NCBI GenBank assembly: GCA_016215325.1
Contig: JACRJV010000007.1
Location: 3,728-67,727 of the forward strand
DNA: 64,000 nucleotides
Source: Candidatus Uhrbacteria bacterium
GTDB lineage: Bacteria > Patescibacteriota > Patescibacteriia > JACRJV01
Reading direction: 5' to 3'
Position numbers and translations under genes: made by a program. Under the pieces are notes generated by a model. The model saw only the letters and a program-made list of their open reading frames with translations. It did not search any database and was not told where the DNA came from. The stretch's first letter is position 1, and the number at the start of each line of letters is the position of its first letter. Positions 1-11,600 of the stretch are shown piece by piece.

Positions 1-164
1 TCGCCGTCCACGACGCGCTCGACCACCACCCGCTCTTGTTGGCCGGATGGATTGGCGGGGGGAGCGTCTTTAGGTTGGACAAGCAGAAGTAAGCCGCCAG
101 CGATCACGGCGCCGATCATTCCGCTTACAACCATCGGAAAGATTTTTTCGAACAACATCGGCAT
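1..164 (-). CDS. Partial ORF for a small membrane protein. It runs off the window edge.
   Basis: A minus-strand ATG at 164 reads MPMLFEKIFPMVVSGMIGAVIAGGLLLLVQPKDAPP... The sequence has one hydrophobic helix. The ORF continues past position 1. It starts 5 nt after the stop of the 815-aa gene. Confidence 0.3.
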   Translation of the reverse strand, partial: MPMLFEKIFPMVVSGMIGAVIAGGLLLLVQPKDAPPANPSGQQERVVVERVVDG

Positions 165-168
165 GCCA

Positions 169-2616
169 CTAGGGTGTTACGGGGGGTTCTGGCAGAGGAA
201 TTTTTTCTTTGAGCGTACTGGATCCCGTGGTTCCCCGTCCCCCTTCTGTTGCGAGCTTGGTCACTTCCTCGATTTTCTTCATGAGCTGGGGGTTATTGGC
301 ATTATTCTTGAGGATCTCGTTGAGCTCGCTCAACTCATCGTCATACCGCTTCTGATCTTCGTAGAGCTGGGCCAAATACCACCGCGCATTGGCGTAATCG
401 CTTTTGGCCGCGATCACCGCATTCCATACTTTTTCGGCAAGGTCTTTCTGATTATTCTTGTAATAGAGGGCGCCGAGTTGGATGTGCAGCGGCAAATCTC
501 CCGGTCGCGTTCGCGAAAGCCCTTCCACGCGCTTGATGGCTTCGGAGAGTTTCCCGCGCCGCTCTTCGATGATGGCCATCTGGAAGTGCGCGCTCGCAAA
601 GCCCTCGTCCAGCTGCAATGCTTTCTTCAGGAGATCCTCGGCATCAATCAACGCATCGCTTATTTTCTTCTGGTTAGCCTTCTCTCCAGCCGCCCCTTCA
701 CGGTCCGCGCGCGTTACATAGATTGCGGCCAAGTCGGTCACATGAGTCGGATTATTGGGTTCGAGTTCGCGCAATTTCTCTAAGGATTTGATCGCTTCGT
801 CTTCCGCGCCTTCGACAAATGGGCTTAATTGCTGATAGAGTCCCGCCAATGCTTGCCAATTTGCGGCGCTGACGAGGTTTAACCGCGTCGCCTCACGGCC
901 GGCAACAATGGTATCACGAGCGAGCAACCGCAACTGGGTCATCCGTTCTTCGGAGTCTTTTTTATTCTGGAGCGTGTCCTGGAATTTGGCCAATTGTAAC
1001 GCGCCAACGGTACGGAAATACACATCACTCCAGGGGTACAGATTAATTGCGCGAGCAATCGCCGCACGCCGATCATCCAACCCGGCCCTCTGGTCTCGCG
1101 CGGCCAAGAATGCCCAGTCTGCCGCAATGCGCCGGTACGAAGCCCAGGTTAACAGCGGCGCCGATAAAAAGACAATGCACGCAACACTTAACACGGTCAT
1201 CCGAAGCCGCGGGGAGTCGGCCAAATCCCAAGTCTTAGACGTTGCCGACGGCGCCAATGCCCATAAGAGTCCCGCTGTCAGTAACCCAAACACGAACTCC
1301 AAGAGTATGGTGGTGGGCAACAACGCCAACAGCGCCAGCCCCACGGTCCAGCCAGATCCCAGCGTTATGAGGATCAGCCATCGTCGCTCAGCCGCGTGCC
1401 GGAACACGGCCTTGAGCATCGGGACGATGATCGCAAATAACCAGAATAACAGCCCGAGTACCGTTGCAACGATCCCGAGTTGTGCGAGATGCGTCCACAG
1501 CGACGAGCGGCTCCGATCAAACAGCACGCCAAAACTTTGCCGCAGTGCTTCGGCAGTATGATATTTATTCACATCAATCGAGAACGTCGACGGCCCAGAC
1601 CCAAACACCGGTGAATCCTTGAGAGTCTCTTGCACCACTGTCCGGCTTTCGCTCCAGCTCATAATAAGGATCGGTGGCAATCTTTGGACAAGGCGCGCCG
1701 GTATCATCACAAAAAACGCGGCCACCACAATCACGGCAAACACTACCACCCACCGATGGGTTTTGGTGAGCTCCTGCGCCCGGCCGATGATAATCATGTA
1801 CAGCAGGAGTTCGCTCACGGCCACCACCACCCAAATGAGCTTGATCCCAATCACAGCAATCACGCCCATCGAGGTGACAATGGTCGCAAGCAGCAGTACG
1901 GATACAGCGCTATGCCCTGCCTTTTGGAGGTTTTTAAGCGACCCATGCTCTCCGAGGCCCAAAATAAAAAACTTAGCGCTGGCAAGGATCAACGTGATGG
2001 CCGAAAATACGGCGAGCCCCACAATGTCGCCGGCCGGGGTAAACAGCGCCGTGCGGGTTGCTTCCCAGGGCAGCACAAAGACGCCGGCAATACCCAACAG
2101 GAACAATACTGATGTCACCAACGATGACAAAAGCAGCGCGAACAACGCCCCCAACCATTGCTGTTCATTCAATTCCTGCAGCGCCACCAATCCAATCAAT
2201 GCCACGGCAATCATGGTGGCCAAACTCCCCCATTCCTGTCCGTAGTCGCCCAGGAGGCTCGTGAACGGATGGACGCTCATGACAGTGCTGGCAATCGCCG
2301 CCACAAAAAACGCTACGATCCAACCCCATCCGCGCACCGGTAGCCACTGGAACTTCTGCTCCAATACCATCCGCGCCAACCAGAGCGTTGTCACCAGCAC
2401 CACGCCGACCAGTAATAGGCTTTGTTTGGGTAATTCAAACGCGTCGCTCATGCGGCCGCCGAAGGTCAGCGGCGCAAAAAAAATAATCGCGTACAGGATC
2501 CAGCGATTGACAGCGGCGAGAATCGTGGCGGGTTGAACACGTGGCATACTGCGATAAAGAATCCAGATGTTGTATATCAGATATTCGAGACGTGCTCTCC
2601 AATATCCAATATCCAA
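169..2616 (-). CDS. O-antigen ligase (Wzy_C)-like polytopic membrane protein with C-terminal TPR repeats, 815 aa. The true start is possibly an internal Met.
   Basis: The N-terminal ~450 aa has more than 10 hydrophobic helices. It includes a loop of the form ...SLWTHLAQLGIVATVLGLLF, which resembles the Wzy_C 'aHNxyLqxlaElGiiG' region. The C-terminal ~350 aa is helical and shows TPR-like periodicity (e.g. ...ASAHFQMAIIEERRGKLSEAIKRVEGL..., ...ANARWYLAQLYEDQKRYDDELSELNEIL...). No search was run to confirm. Confidence 0.5.
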   Translation of the reverse strand: MDIGYWRARLEYLIYNIWILYRSMPRVQPATILAAVNRWILYAIIFFAPLTFGGRMSDAFELPKQSLLLVGVVLVTTLWLARMVLEQKFQWLPVRGWGWIVAFFVAAIASTVMSVHPFTSLLGDYGQEWGSLATMIAVALIGLVALQELNEQQWLGALFALLLSSLVTSVLFLLGIAGVFVLPWEATRTALFTPAGDIVGLAVFSAITLILASAKFFILGLGEHGSLKNLQKAGHSAVSVLLLATIVTSMGVIAVIGIKLIWVVVAVSELLLYMIIIGRAQELTKTHRWVVVFAVIVVAAFFVMIPARLVQRLPPILIMSWSESRTVVQETLKDSPVFGSGPSTFSIDVNKYHTAEALRQSFGVLFDRSRSSLWTHLAQLGIVATVLGLLFWLFAIIVPMLKAVFRHAAERRWLILITLGSGWTVGLALLALLPTTILLEFVFGLLTAGLLWALAPSATSKTWDLADSPRLRMTVLSVACIVFLSAPLLTWASYRRIAADWAFLAARDQRAGLDDRRAAIARAINLYPWSDVYFRTVGALQLAKFQDTLQNKKDSEERMTQLRLLARDTIVAGREATRLNLVSAANWQALAGLYQQLSPFVEGAEDEAIKSLEKLRELEPNNPTHVTDLAAIYVTRADREGAAGEKANQKKISDALIDAEDLLKKALQLDEGFASAHFQMAIIEERRGKLSEAIKRVEGLSRTRPGDLPLHIQLGALYYKNNQKDLAEKVWNAVIAAKSDYANARWYLAQLYEDQKRYDDELSELNEILKNNANNPQLMKKIEEVTKLATEGGRGTTGSSTLKEKIPLPEPPVTP

Positions 2617-2656
2617 TCTCTAATATCTCGTTATTGGGGATAATTCCACTATAGTA

Positions 2657-2684
2657 TACCACAAAACGGTCAGTGTTACTGACC
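2657..2684 (-). terminator. Intrinsic-terminator-like hairpin just downstream of the giant gene
   Basis: The minus strand reads GGTCAGT-AAC-ACTGACC followed by GTTTTGTGG. The 7-bp stem sits at 2668..2684. The giant ORF stops at 2691. Confidence 0.45.
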
Positions 2685-2690
2685 TTATAA

Positions 2691-5600
2691 TTACTCCTGC
2701 GCAACTGTCTCGGGTTGTGCCGGTGCTGGGGCAGACTCGGTCGCCGCGGCCTGTTCTACTGCCGCAGGCTCTGACTGGGCAGGTGCGGCTTCTGCGACAG
2801 GTTCGGGAGCGGGTGTCGGCTCTGGGGCTGGTGTTGGAGTAGGTTCAGAAGACGCTGTTGGCGTCTCTGTTATCGGGGGTTCCGGCAGCGCGGGCGTTTC
2901 GGTCACAACCGCTGGCTCTGGAGCGGGTTCGACCTCTGAAGCTTGAGAGGGGGGTTCCTCTATTTTTTTCTCAACCGGTGTTGTGGGGGGATCTTCCTCA
3001 ATTTCTTTGAGTGTAATGATCGGAGCAGGGGCCGACGCGCTCTGCTGCCGTACTTGCTGCTGCGATTGTTCCCGAATTCCCTGGATTTCCGCTCGCAAGA
3101 AGCTCAACTCTTCTTGGCTTGATCGCGTAGTCTCACCGGTTAAGCGATCGAGTCGCTGTTCAAACTGTTCCATGCGCTCGAATAATTTTTCGATCTGTGT
3201 TTGTTGGGCTTTAACGGCCGACAGTGTAAACGTGGCGAGTTTGTAGATGTCAACGCCTTTGCCGTCGATGCTCAATACTTCCAAGGGCGCTTCTTCGGCA
3301 ATGAGTCCCATCCGCAACGGCGCGGTGGCAGATTCTTCTTTATAGTGATACCGCGCGATATTCACATTGGCGAGCTTGGCCAAAATCGTCTTTTGATCCC
3401 CTTCGGTCAAATACTCAATGTCTTTCTTGGCTTCTTTTGTGGAAATATTCACAAAGCTCGTGGCGGCCACGTCGCCCATGACATGCAGCTTGTACTGGGG
3501 GTCTGTTGTGCCAATGCCGATATTGCCGTCATCGTCAAACGCCATTTGGCTTGATTCAATCCGATACTGCGGATTAAACCACACGACGATCTTGTTATCC
3601 GGTGATTGAGCGTTGTAGCTTTCGAGCGCCACGCCAACGGTCCATCCGCTGGTCTTGGCCTTCATGCCAACTCCGGCAATAGATGAAGTTGTAATCCGAT
3701 CACCGGCCGCAATGTCGCCGCCTTCGAGATTGACTTTTACCGGGATGCGCCCAGCTAGCACGATGGGTACTGGGTGTTCTTCTGTCGTGAACACCCCTTC
3801 ACCTAACACTTCTGAAAACGGATTAGTGGAAACGACACCCGTAATTGGAGCGTACACGGCTTGTGACTTTGCAACAGATGCTTTTGAACTTTGGCCGATC
3901 CGTTCTTGGACAAATTCTTGCGCCTCGCCGCTTATGGCCACAATATCGCCTGCTTCGAGCGTGCCGTCGCTCCCGTAGTACTCGGCCATGTCAGATCCGC
4001 CGGCGTTACAATCCCCAATGTTCACGAGCCCGGTTGCGGCATCGGCTCCGCTTTGGCAGACCCGCTGCGTATACGTTGTTGTATCATCAAGGTTGATTTG
4101 GAACGCAGTCAAACTCCCGGTCAAAATCGCGGTTCCTCCACTATCCTTAATGTTCACCGTGCCGTCGGAAGCATTATCAATCGTCTCGGAGTTTTGGAAT
4201 TTAATATCGTTAGTGATCCCAGCCCCACCGGTATTCGCAATCAATAACGCGTCGGTCACAACGGTAGAAGCGGGACCGGTTACGGCTGTATCAGCATTAT
4301 TCAAAACGAGCAATGCGCTCACGAAATTATCCGTAGTATTCGTTGTTGGCTGATTTTCAATCAACATGGCATATTCCACATTGTTGCTGACACTCGGCTG
4401 GTTGGTGAATTTGAAATAGTTTCCCACAATGGAGTTGGCTCCGCTTACTGCAGTGCTCGTTTGATTATTGTTGACGGTGAATACGCTCCCAGTCCACGAA
4501 TTACCGCTCTCTCCAGTGTCATTGCCAAAGGTCGCGGTCACAAGAGCAAGATTTAAATTACCGTTAGCGGCAAGCGACATTGGAGTGTTGTATCCATTAC
4601 CAAACTGATTATAGTCAAACCGAAGTTGGCTACCGCCCCCCTCTTGATTGGCGCTAAAGACCCTCCAATCCTGCGAATACGATGCGAGCCCTGGGCCTGG
4701 GTTCACCCACGAACTTCCATGAAACGTTAACGCGGGAGAATACTGCGCATCGTTTGTCGCCGTCGAAGCGGTGGTATTTTGCAACGTGATCCCCTGCACA
4801 GGTGTCCTATCCACCGAAGTGTCATTGGCGTTATCCGAAAACGCCACATTAACGCTTAAATTGGTATTATTGCCGATCTGGGTCACCATCCGTGTTTCAC
4901 CAGAAACCGTGATGCTGTCTCCAACCACCAACTCGGTAAGGAATGCAGTACCAACCCCAGTTACGTCCGTAGACGCTGTTGGGTCAATGCTTCCGGTTAA
5001 CACCGAAGTGGTAGAGCCGGTAGTAAAGACCCCTGAACCAACGACATCCAGTGCCGCCGTTGGCGTGGTGTCACCAATGCCCACATAGCCTCCGGCAAAA
5101 ATGGCTGTATAATTCGTGTCTGCCCCGGTGGGGGATGCCACATATAATCCGGTCTTCGTGGAGGTCCCGGTGGTGGTACTGGTTCCATCGGCAATATATA
5201 GGCCATAACTATTGATCGTTCCATTGGTTGTGAGGGTGGCGGTATTGGCAATATATTCGCCATACACATTCACCGTACTGCCGGTTGAGGAGGCAGTGGA
5301 TGATGGCGCAAGGTACGAGCCATACACGTTGGCTGTGCCGCCCGAGGATGCTCCAGACGTGGCTGGTTGAGAGCGAAGGCCATACACAGTACGCGTTCCT
5401 GTTGATATTGCGCCGGTGACACTCGTGGCAATATCCAAGGCCGCAATCGTATCGGCTGTGGTGGAGTTAGAAGTGACAGTCTGGTACAGACCATAGCCAT
5501 ACTTAGCGGCATTTCCGGTAAGCGCCAGAGAGCCGTAGTAGCCATAATCGGTGTTGGTATTGGCCGTTGAATCAGTCGCGGTGATGTTGAGGCCGTACCC

Positions 5601-8600
5601 CGTGACACCGCTGCCGGAGAAATCCGGCGCGCCATAGATGAGCGCCGCGCCAGAGCCGATGTCAGACGCCAAATTTACAACATGACTCGTAACACCGGTG
5701 GTGGTGGAGCCGGTAACACGAATGGCGGTGTCCCAGCCGCTGCCAATCTTCACCGCAGTTTCGGTGGCCGCGTTCGCGGTGATATCCCCAATATTCAACG
5801 CATTATATGTCCCCCCTTGAGGACCCGCAGGAACTAAATTAATTAAATTAATGGTGTCCCCGGCAGAACCATCAGAAGAAACGCTCGCGACCCGCAGTCC
5901 ATCCGCATTGATGGTGCCGTCCGTATACGCCGCGTTCCCTCCGCCGACCGAAATGTTCACCCCTCGCGAATTCACGGTGACACCGGCGACATCCGCTGAC
6001 ATTTGATTGGTAACATCGATGCCCGTCAATGTTTTAGTCCCTGAACCAGAGGCTGGTGTCCCAGGGATTGTTAATGACAACCCGGTAATCGCCGATGTGT
6101 TATCAAGAGTAAGATTTGAACTTAAATCCATTGCCATCCCCGTTATTGCTCCGCTTTGCGTGGTCGCAGAACCAAAGTCCGCGTTGATGAGCGAGCCAGT
6201 CGTCCACTCGGTTTCCAAGGCAAAATCGAGGAATGTTCCAGTGGTCGTGGGGCTAATGGTCAGCGCCCCGCTCATCCCCAGCGTCGTCACATCACTCACG
6301 GCCCCTGCGTTAATATCAATCCCATTAATGCTTTCATCCGTGGCTACCGTGAGTTGCCCAGAGGAGTTGATATAATATGAAGATGAGTGGAACTGTATGT
6401 CTCCTTTGGTGGAGTTAGAGGTGGAGATCAACAGAAGGTCATCGCCACTGCCAGAACCACCGACAAGATCTCCTTGGGTGCCATCAGCAAACAGAGCATA
6501 GTTGGTGGTGGCGCCAGAGGCGGAGAAGTAGCCACCGTAATTAGATGAGGTGGTTCCGGTGTTAGCAACGGTGGAATAGACTCCATACGCCGTGTGCGTG
6601 GCATTGCTGTTGGTACCAGAGCGAGTAAGTTTCAAAAGTGCGGTAGAGCCAGACCCACCGCCCACGGTAGAGGTTGATTCGATAAATACTCCGGTGCCCG
6701 TGGTCAGCCCGTCGGCAGAAATCTGAAGCGCGTCAGCCGTTGAAACAGAGTCAGCCGTAATCTGAGCCGCATCCGTGGTGTTGCCGGTGTAGGTTTGGAC
6801 GAAGGTGCCGGTGCCGGAGGCTAGGGCAAAATTCGCATTGGCATCAATAGTCGTACCGCCGAGCGTAACAGTGCTGTCAACGTTCAAAGTAGATGTGGTG
6901 GAAATAGCACCATCGGCAGTGATGGCTCCGATGCCGCTCATGTCCCCGGTGGTGTTGATGTCCCAGTCAGAGGAATCGATCGCAACAGTATCGCCGCTAT
7001 CGCCGAGATCAACTTGCCCATTGGCATCCAACGCTCCGGCAAGAGTGAGTCCCCCAGTGGAAGTAAAATCCGTACCAGCGTTTCCGATGTTTACGAGAAT
7101 GTTGGCACTAAGATCAATGCCGGTATCCCAACCAGAACCGATACTCAAAGCGGTTTCGGTGCCATTGCCAGCAGTGATATTGCCAATATTAATTCCATAC
7201 AATGTTCCCGCGCCCACTCCAGCAGCCGCGAGGTTGATAATATTTTGGGTCCCGGCGGTGGTGATCGTGCCATTGACAAGACGGATGCCGTTGGCCGTCA
7301 CAGTGTCGCCGGTATTCTGGGTAATGTTGGGCATGGTGATGTTGGCGCCTCGCCAGTTGATGATCGCGGCATTGGCTCCATCGGTAACAGACAGAGCGCC
7401 GGCAGCCGAGATATTGTAGCCGGTGTATGTGGTAGTGACGGCGGAGTCTGCGGCAGTCAAGGCATTCATCACAATGTCTGTGCCGGTGATGTCGAGATCT
7501 GCTGCTCCGGTTAAGTTCGTATCAAAATCAAATTTAAGGCCAGTGATATCCCCTCCAGATTGCGTGGTGACATTGGCAAAATCAGCATTAATAAGGGTGC
7601 CTTGGGTCCATTCAGTTTCGAGTTGATAATCCGTAAATGTGCCGGTGGTGGTTGGAGCGATGGTGAGCGCCCCGCTCATGCCCAACGTCGTCACATCACT
7701 CACGGCCCCAGAGCTCACATCGATGCCGTTGAGGGTTTCATCGGTCGCAAACGTCGCTTGTCCCGAAGAGTTGATAATGTAGCTGGACGAATGGAATTGA
7801 ATGTCGCCCTTGGTCGCATTGGAAGTGGAGACCAAGAGGAGATCATCGCCGGAACCTGTGCCGCCGACCAGATCGCCCTCGGTTCCGTTGGCGACGAGCG
7901 CATAATTCACGATCAATCCAGAGGCAGTCGAAGCCGCGAAGTACCCAGCAATGTTGGTACCGCTGGTGGCGTTGACATTAGTAACCGAGGAATAGATTCC
8001 ATAGGCTGTGTGAGCGCTATTGGCGTTAGTGCCAGAACGGGTCAGTGTGACGAGCGCGGTGTCATCTGATCCCGTACCTACTGTGGAAGTTGAAATAATA
8101 TTCAAAGCATTGCCTGTGGTTAAGCCACTGGCCGTGATCTGGAGCGCATCGGCAGTGGTCACAGAGCTCGCAGTAATCTGCGCCGCATCGGTGGTATCGC
8201 CAGTAAAAGTCTGCACAAACGTGCCAGTGCCAGAGGCAAGGGCAAAATTATTGTTCGCCGCTACAGTTGTGGCACCGGTCAAGGAGACGGGTCCGGTAAG
8301 GGTGATCGTTCCGCTGCTGCCGCCAATGCTAAACCGGCTTGAGCTGGTGTTTACATCGTAAATTTCAAACGCGTTGGCAATTGTGATCGATGAACCTGCG
8401 CGCCAATCGCTCGGGTAGCCGGTTTTAAATTCTATCGTCGCCGGATTTCCAATATCCGTCTTATCTAAGATAAGCATGTTATAGGAAGAGCTACGATCTC
8501 CACCCGAGTCTTTGATAACGAGGTTTGTGGTTGGCGTTGTCGTCCCAATACCAACGTATCCGGAACCTGGGCTTAATACCAGATCATCGCCAGAACTCGT

Positions 8601-11600
8601 AACAATTTCAACTGCGGTGTTGGTATCTTCGTCCAGATCAAATGTTAATGTATTCGTGCCATCGGAAAAAGAAAGCTCGGTGTCTGTAGAATTGACGATT
8701 GTCTCGCCATTTCCCAGAGTGAGCGTACCGTCCAATCGTGTGGTCCCCGCATCCACCCACAAGGCATAGGCATTGGTGATGGTGGCAGGCCCAGCGCCCG
8801 CGCCCGTAGGCGCATTGGCAATATAGAGTGATGCCGCATTGGTTACCGTAAGAGTAGAGGCAGCGGAGAGTGTCGATTGAGCAATATTCAGAAGATTAAA
8901 CCCCGTGGCAGTCGTGATATTTGTAGAGCCAGTGATGGTGGCGGTTGCCGCAGAAAGATCGATGCCGTTCCAAGTGGCGCTGGCGCCTGAGGCAATAGTT
9001 TCGTTACCAGAAATCGCAGGATTTGTGATGGTGGCAGTATTGATCGCAGGACTAGTTAATGTTTTGTTTGTAAGAGTATCAGTAGTCGCTCGACCGACAT
9101 AGGTGTCCGTTCCTTGGAAGGTGATTGTTGTGGAATCCGTACCAGCGAGAGTCAAAGAGTTACTCGCCGTCAGCGTCTTACCATCGGCGATCGTGAGTGT
9201 GCCAGTGGATGCTGTTACTGTAAGTCCGTTGATTGTCTTATTCGTCAGCGCCTCTGCACCCGCAAGAGTGGCGAGCGTACCGGTCGTTGGAAGAGTAACG
9301 TTTGTTGCTCCGGTTGTTGTGAGTGTAAGAGAGTTCGCCCCAGAGGTAATGAGTGCTCCGGCAGTGGTGAGGTTCCCAGCCAAGTTAATCGTGCGAGCCG
9401 CATCGTTGGTGGTGATTGTCAGTATTCGGCCAGCTGTAAGATTCTCAGTGTTGGCAAGAGTGAGATCAAACGCGCCGGTGCCGGTGGAACGAATGCCTAA
9501 GGACGTGAGTGCGTCAGCAGTGCCGCCGTTGATATCTGGACTGGTCAGCGTTTTGTTCGTCAATGTATCGGTCGTGGCACGGCCAACTAGCGTATCAGTT
9601 CCGGTGGGAATCGTGATGGTGCCGCTATTAGAGATGGAGGCGATCACTGGGGTTGTGAGGGTTTTGTTGGTGAGCGTATCGGTTGTCGCGCGGCCGACAT
9701 ACGTGTCTGTTCCCTGAAATGTGATGGTTGTCGCATCTGTTCCTGCCAATGTGAGTGAATTGCTCGCGGTTAAGGTCTTCCCATCCGCGATCGTCAACGT
9801 GGCCGAAGTGGTCGGCGCGGTAATGGCGACCTTATTAATGGATGTTGCAGAAGCAACGCCTAAAGTCGGAGTAACGAGGGTCGGAGACGTCGAAAAGACG
9901 AGATTCGTGCTCGTGGTTCCTGTTGTTCCGCCCGCAGAGGAAAGATAGTTCAACTGTGTTCCCGTCGACGTAACCGATGTTGCTCCAAGTGTAAACGGTG
10001 TGGGAATGGTGACCGTGCCGGTGAAGGTGGGGCTTTCTAAAAATGCAAATGTTTTCCGTGCTGCGCCGGTCGTGATGGTGCCGTAATACGCATCGGTCAA
10101 GAATTCCACGGCCCCGGCTTCGGCAGTGGTCATCAGTGACCCAGAGTTAAACTTGAGCGGCGCTGTGGAAGCGCTGGTGGTGCCAGCTTTGAGGTGAAGG
10201 ACAGCAGTGGGGGTTGTGACCCCGATGCCGACATTTCCATCAAAACGCACAGCCCCATCATCCACCCATAACGCATAGGCATTGGTGATGGTGGCTGGCC
10301 CAGCGCCTCCGCCCGTGGGGGCATTGGCAATATATGCTGTTGCGGCATTCGTCACAGTTAATGCTGAAGCTGCCGAGAGTGTTGGTTGGGCAATATTCAA
10401 CAGATTAAACCCAGCGGCTGTCGTGATGTTGGTGGAGCCGGTGATGGTGGCTGTGGCCGCAGAAAGATCGATCCCGTTCCAGGTGGCACTCGCACCAGAG
10501 GCGATCGTTTCGTTGCCAGAGATCGCGGGGTTGGTAATGGTAGCGGTATTAATCGCAGGACTGGTCAATGTCTTGTTCGTGAGCGTATCCGTGGTGGCTC
10601 GACCGACAAGCGTATCTGTTCCGGTGGGGATCGTGATAGTACCGGAGTTGGAAATGGAAGCGATCACGGGAGTTGTGAGTGTTTTGTTGGTGAGCGTATC
10701 CGTCGTCGCCCGGCCAACATACGTGTCTGTTCCTTGAAAGGTGATTGTTGTCGCATCTGTTCCTGCCAATGTGAGTGAATTACTCGCAGTCAACGTTTTC
10801 CCATCGGCGATCGTGAGGGTGGCCGATGTTGCCGGCGCGGTAATCGCCACCTTGTTGATTGAGGTTGCGGATGCAACGCCTAGTACGGGGGTAACAAGCG
10901 TCGGGGTTGTGGCAAATACCAGCGCTCCAGAACCGGTTTCATCGGTGAGTTGTCCTGAAATGCCCGAAGATGCGGTAGTAGCGGTCACGGCACTCGTGCC
11001 ATTGCCGATTAAGATGCCTGAGAGCGTCCCCGCTCCAGTACCTCCTTGAGCAACCGCTAATGCAGTGGTTAATCCCGAAATCGACGTGATGTCCGAATTT
11101 GCTCCCGATGCGGCGGCGCCTAAATTTGCTCGCGCATTCGCGGCGGTTGTTGCGCCAGTGCCGCCGTTAGCCACTGCAATCGTCGTCCCATTCCAGGTCC
11201 CGGCCGTGATCGTCCCAACCGTCGCAATGTCGGTACCCACCAGTTTTGAAGCCGCAATCGAGCCCGTGAGCATGCCATTCGTGACCGATCCGGTATCACC
11301 AGTGGTGACAATAGTACCACTGACATTGGGAATGCTCAGCGTTCGGGTTGCCCCCGCGCTTACACCGGAGATTTGGAATGCGAGTTGCTTGGTTGTGTCG
11401 CTATCGTCTTGGATAACGAAGTTTGTATCTTTCAACGTCGCTGCGTTCGTATTATCAATCGTCTTGTTGGTGAATGTTTCACTACCGGCAAGGGTCGCAA
11501 TAGTGCCGGTGGTCGGCAAGGTGAGGGTCGTCGCCCCCGTTGTTGCGAGCGTTAGGGCATTCGCTCCGGATGTCGTGAATGCCCCCGCAAGCGTGAGATT

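Noticed and set aside
9100-10800. Possible CRISPR array suggested by the regular, near-identical repeats
   Set aside because: The repeats are hundreds of bp long, lie within a continuous ORF and encode protein modules. There is no short repeat/spacer periodicity and no cas genes are present.
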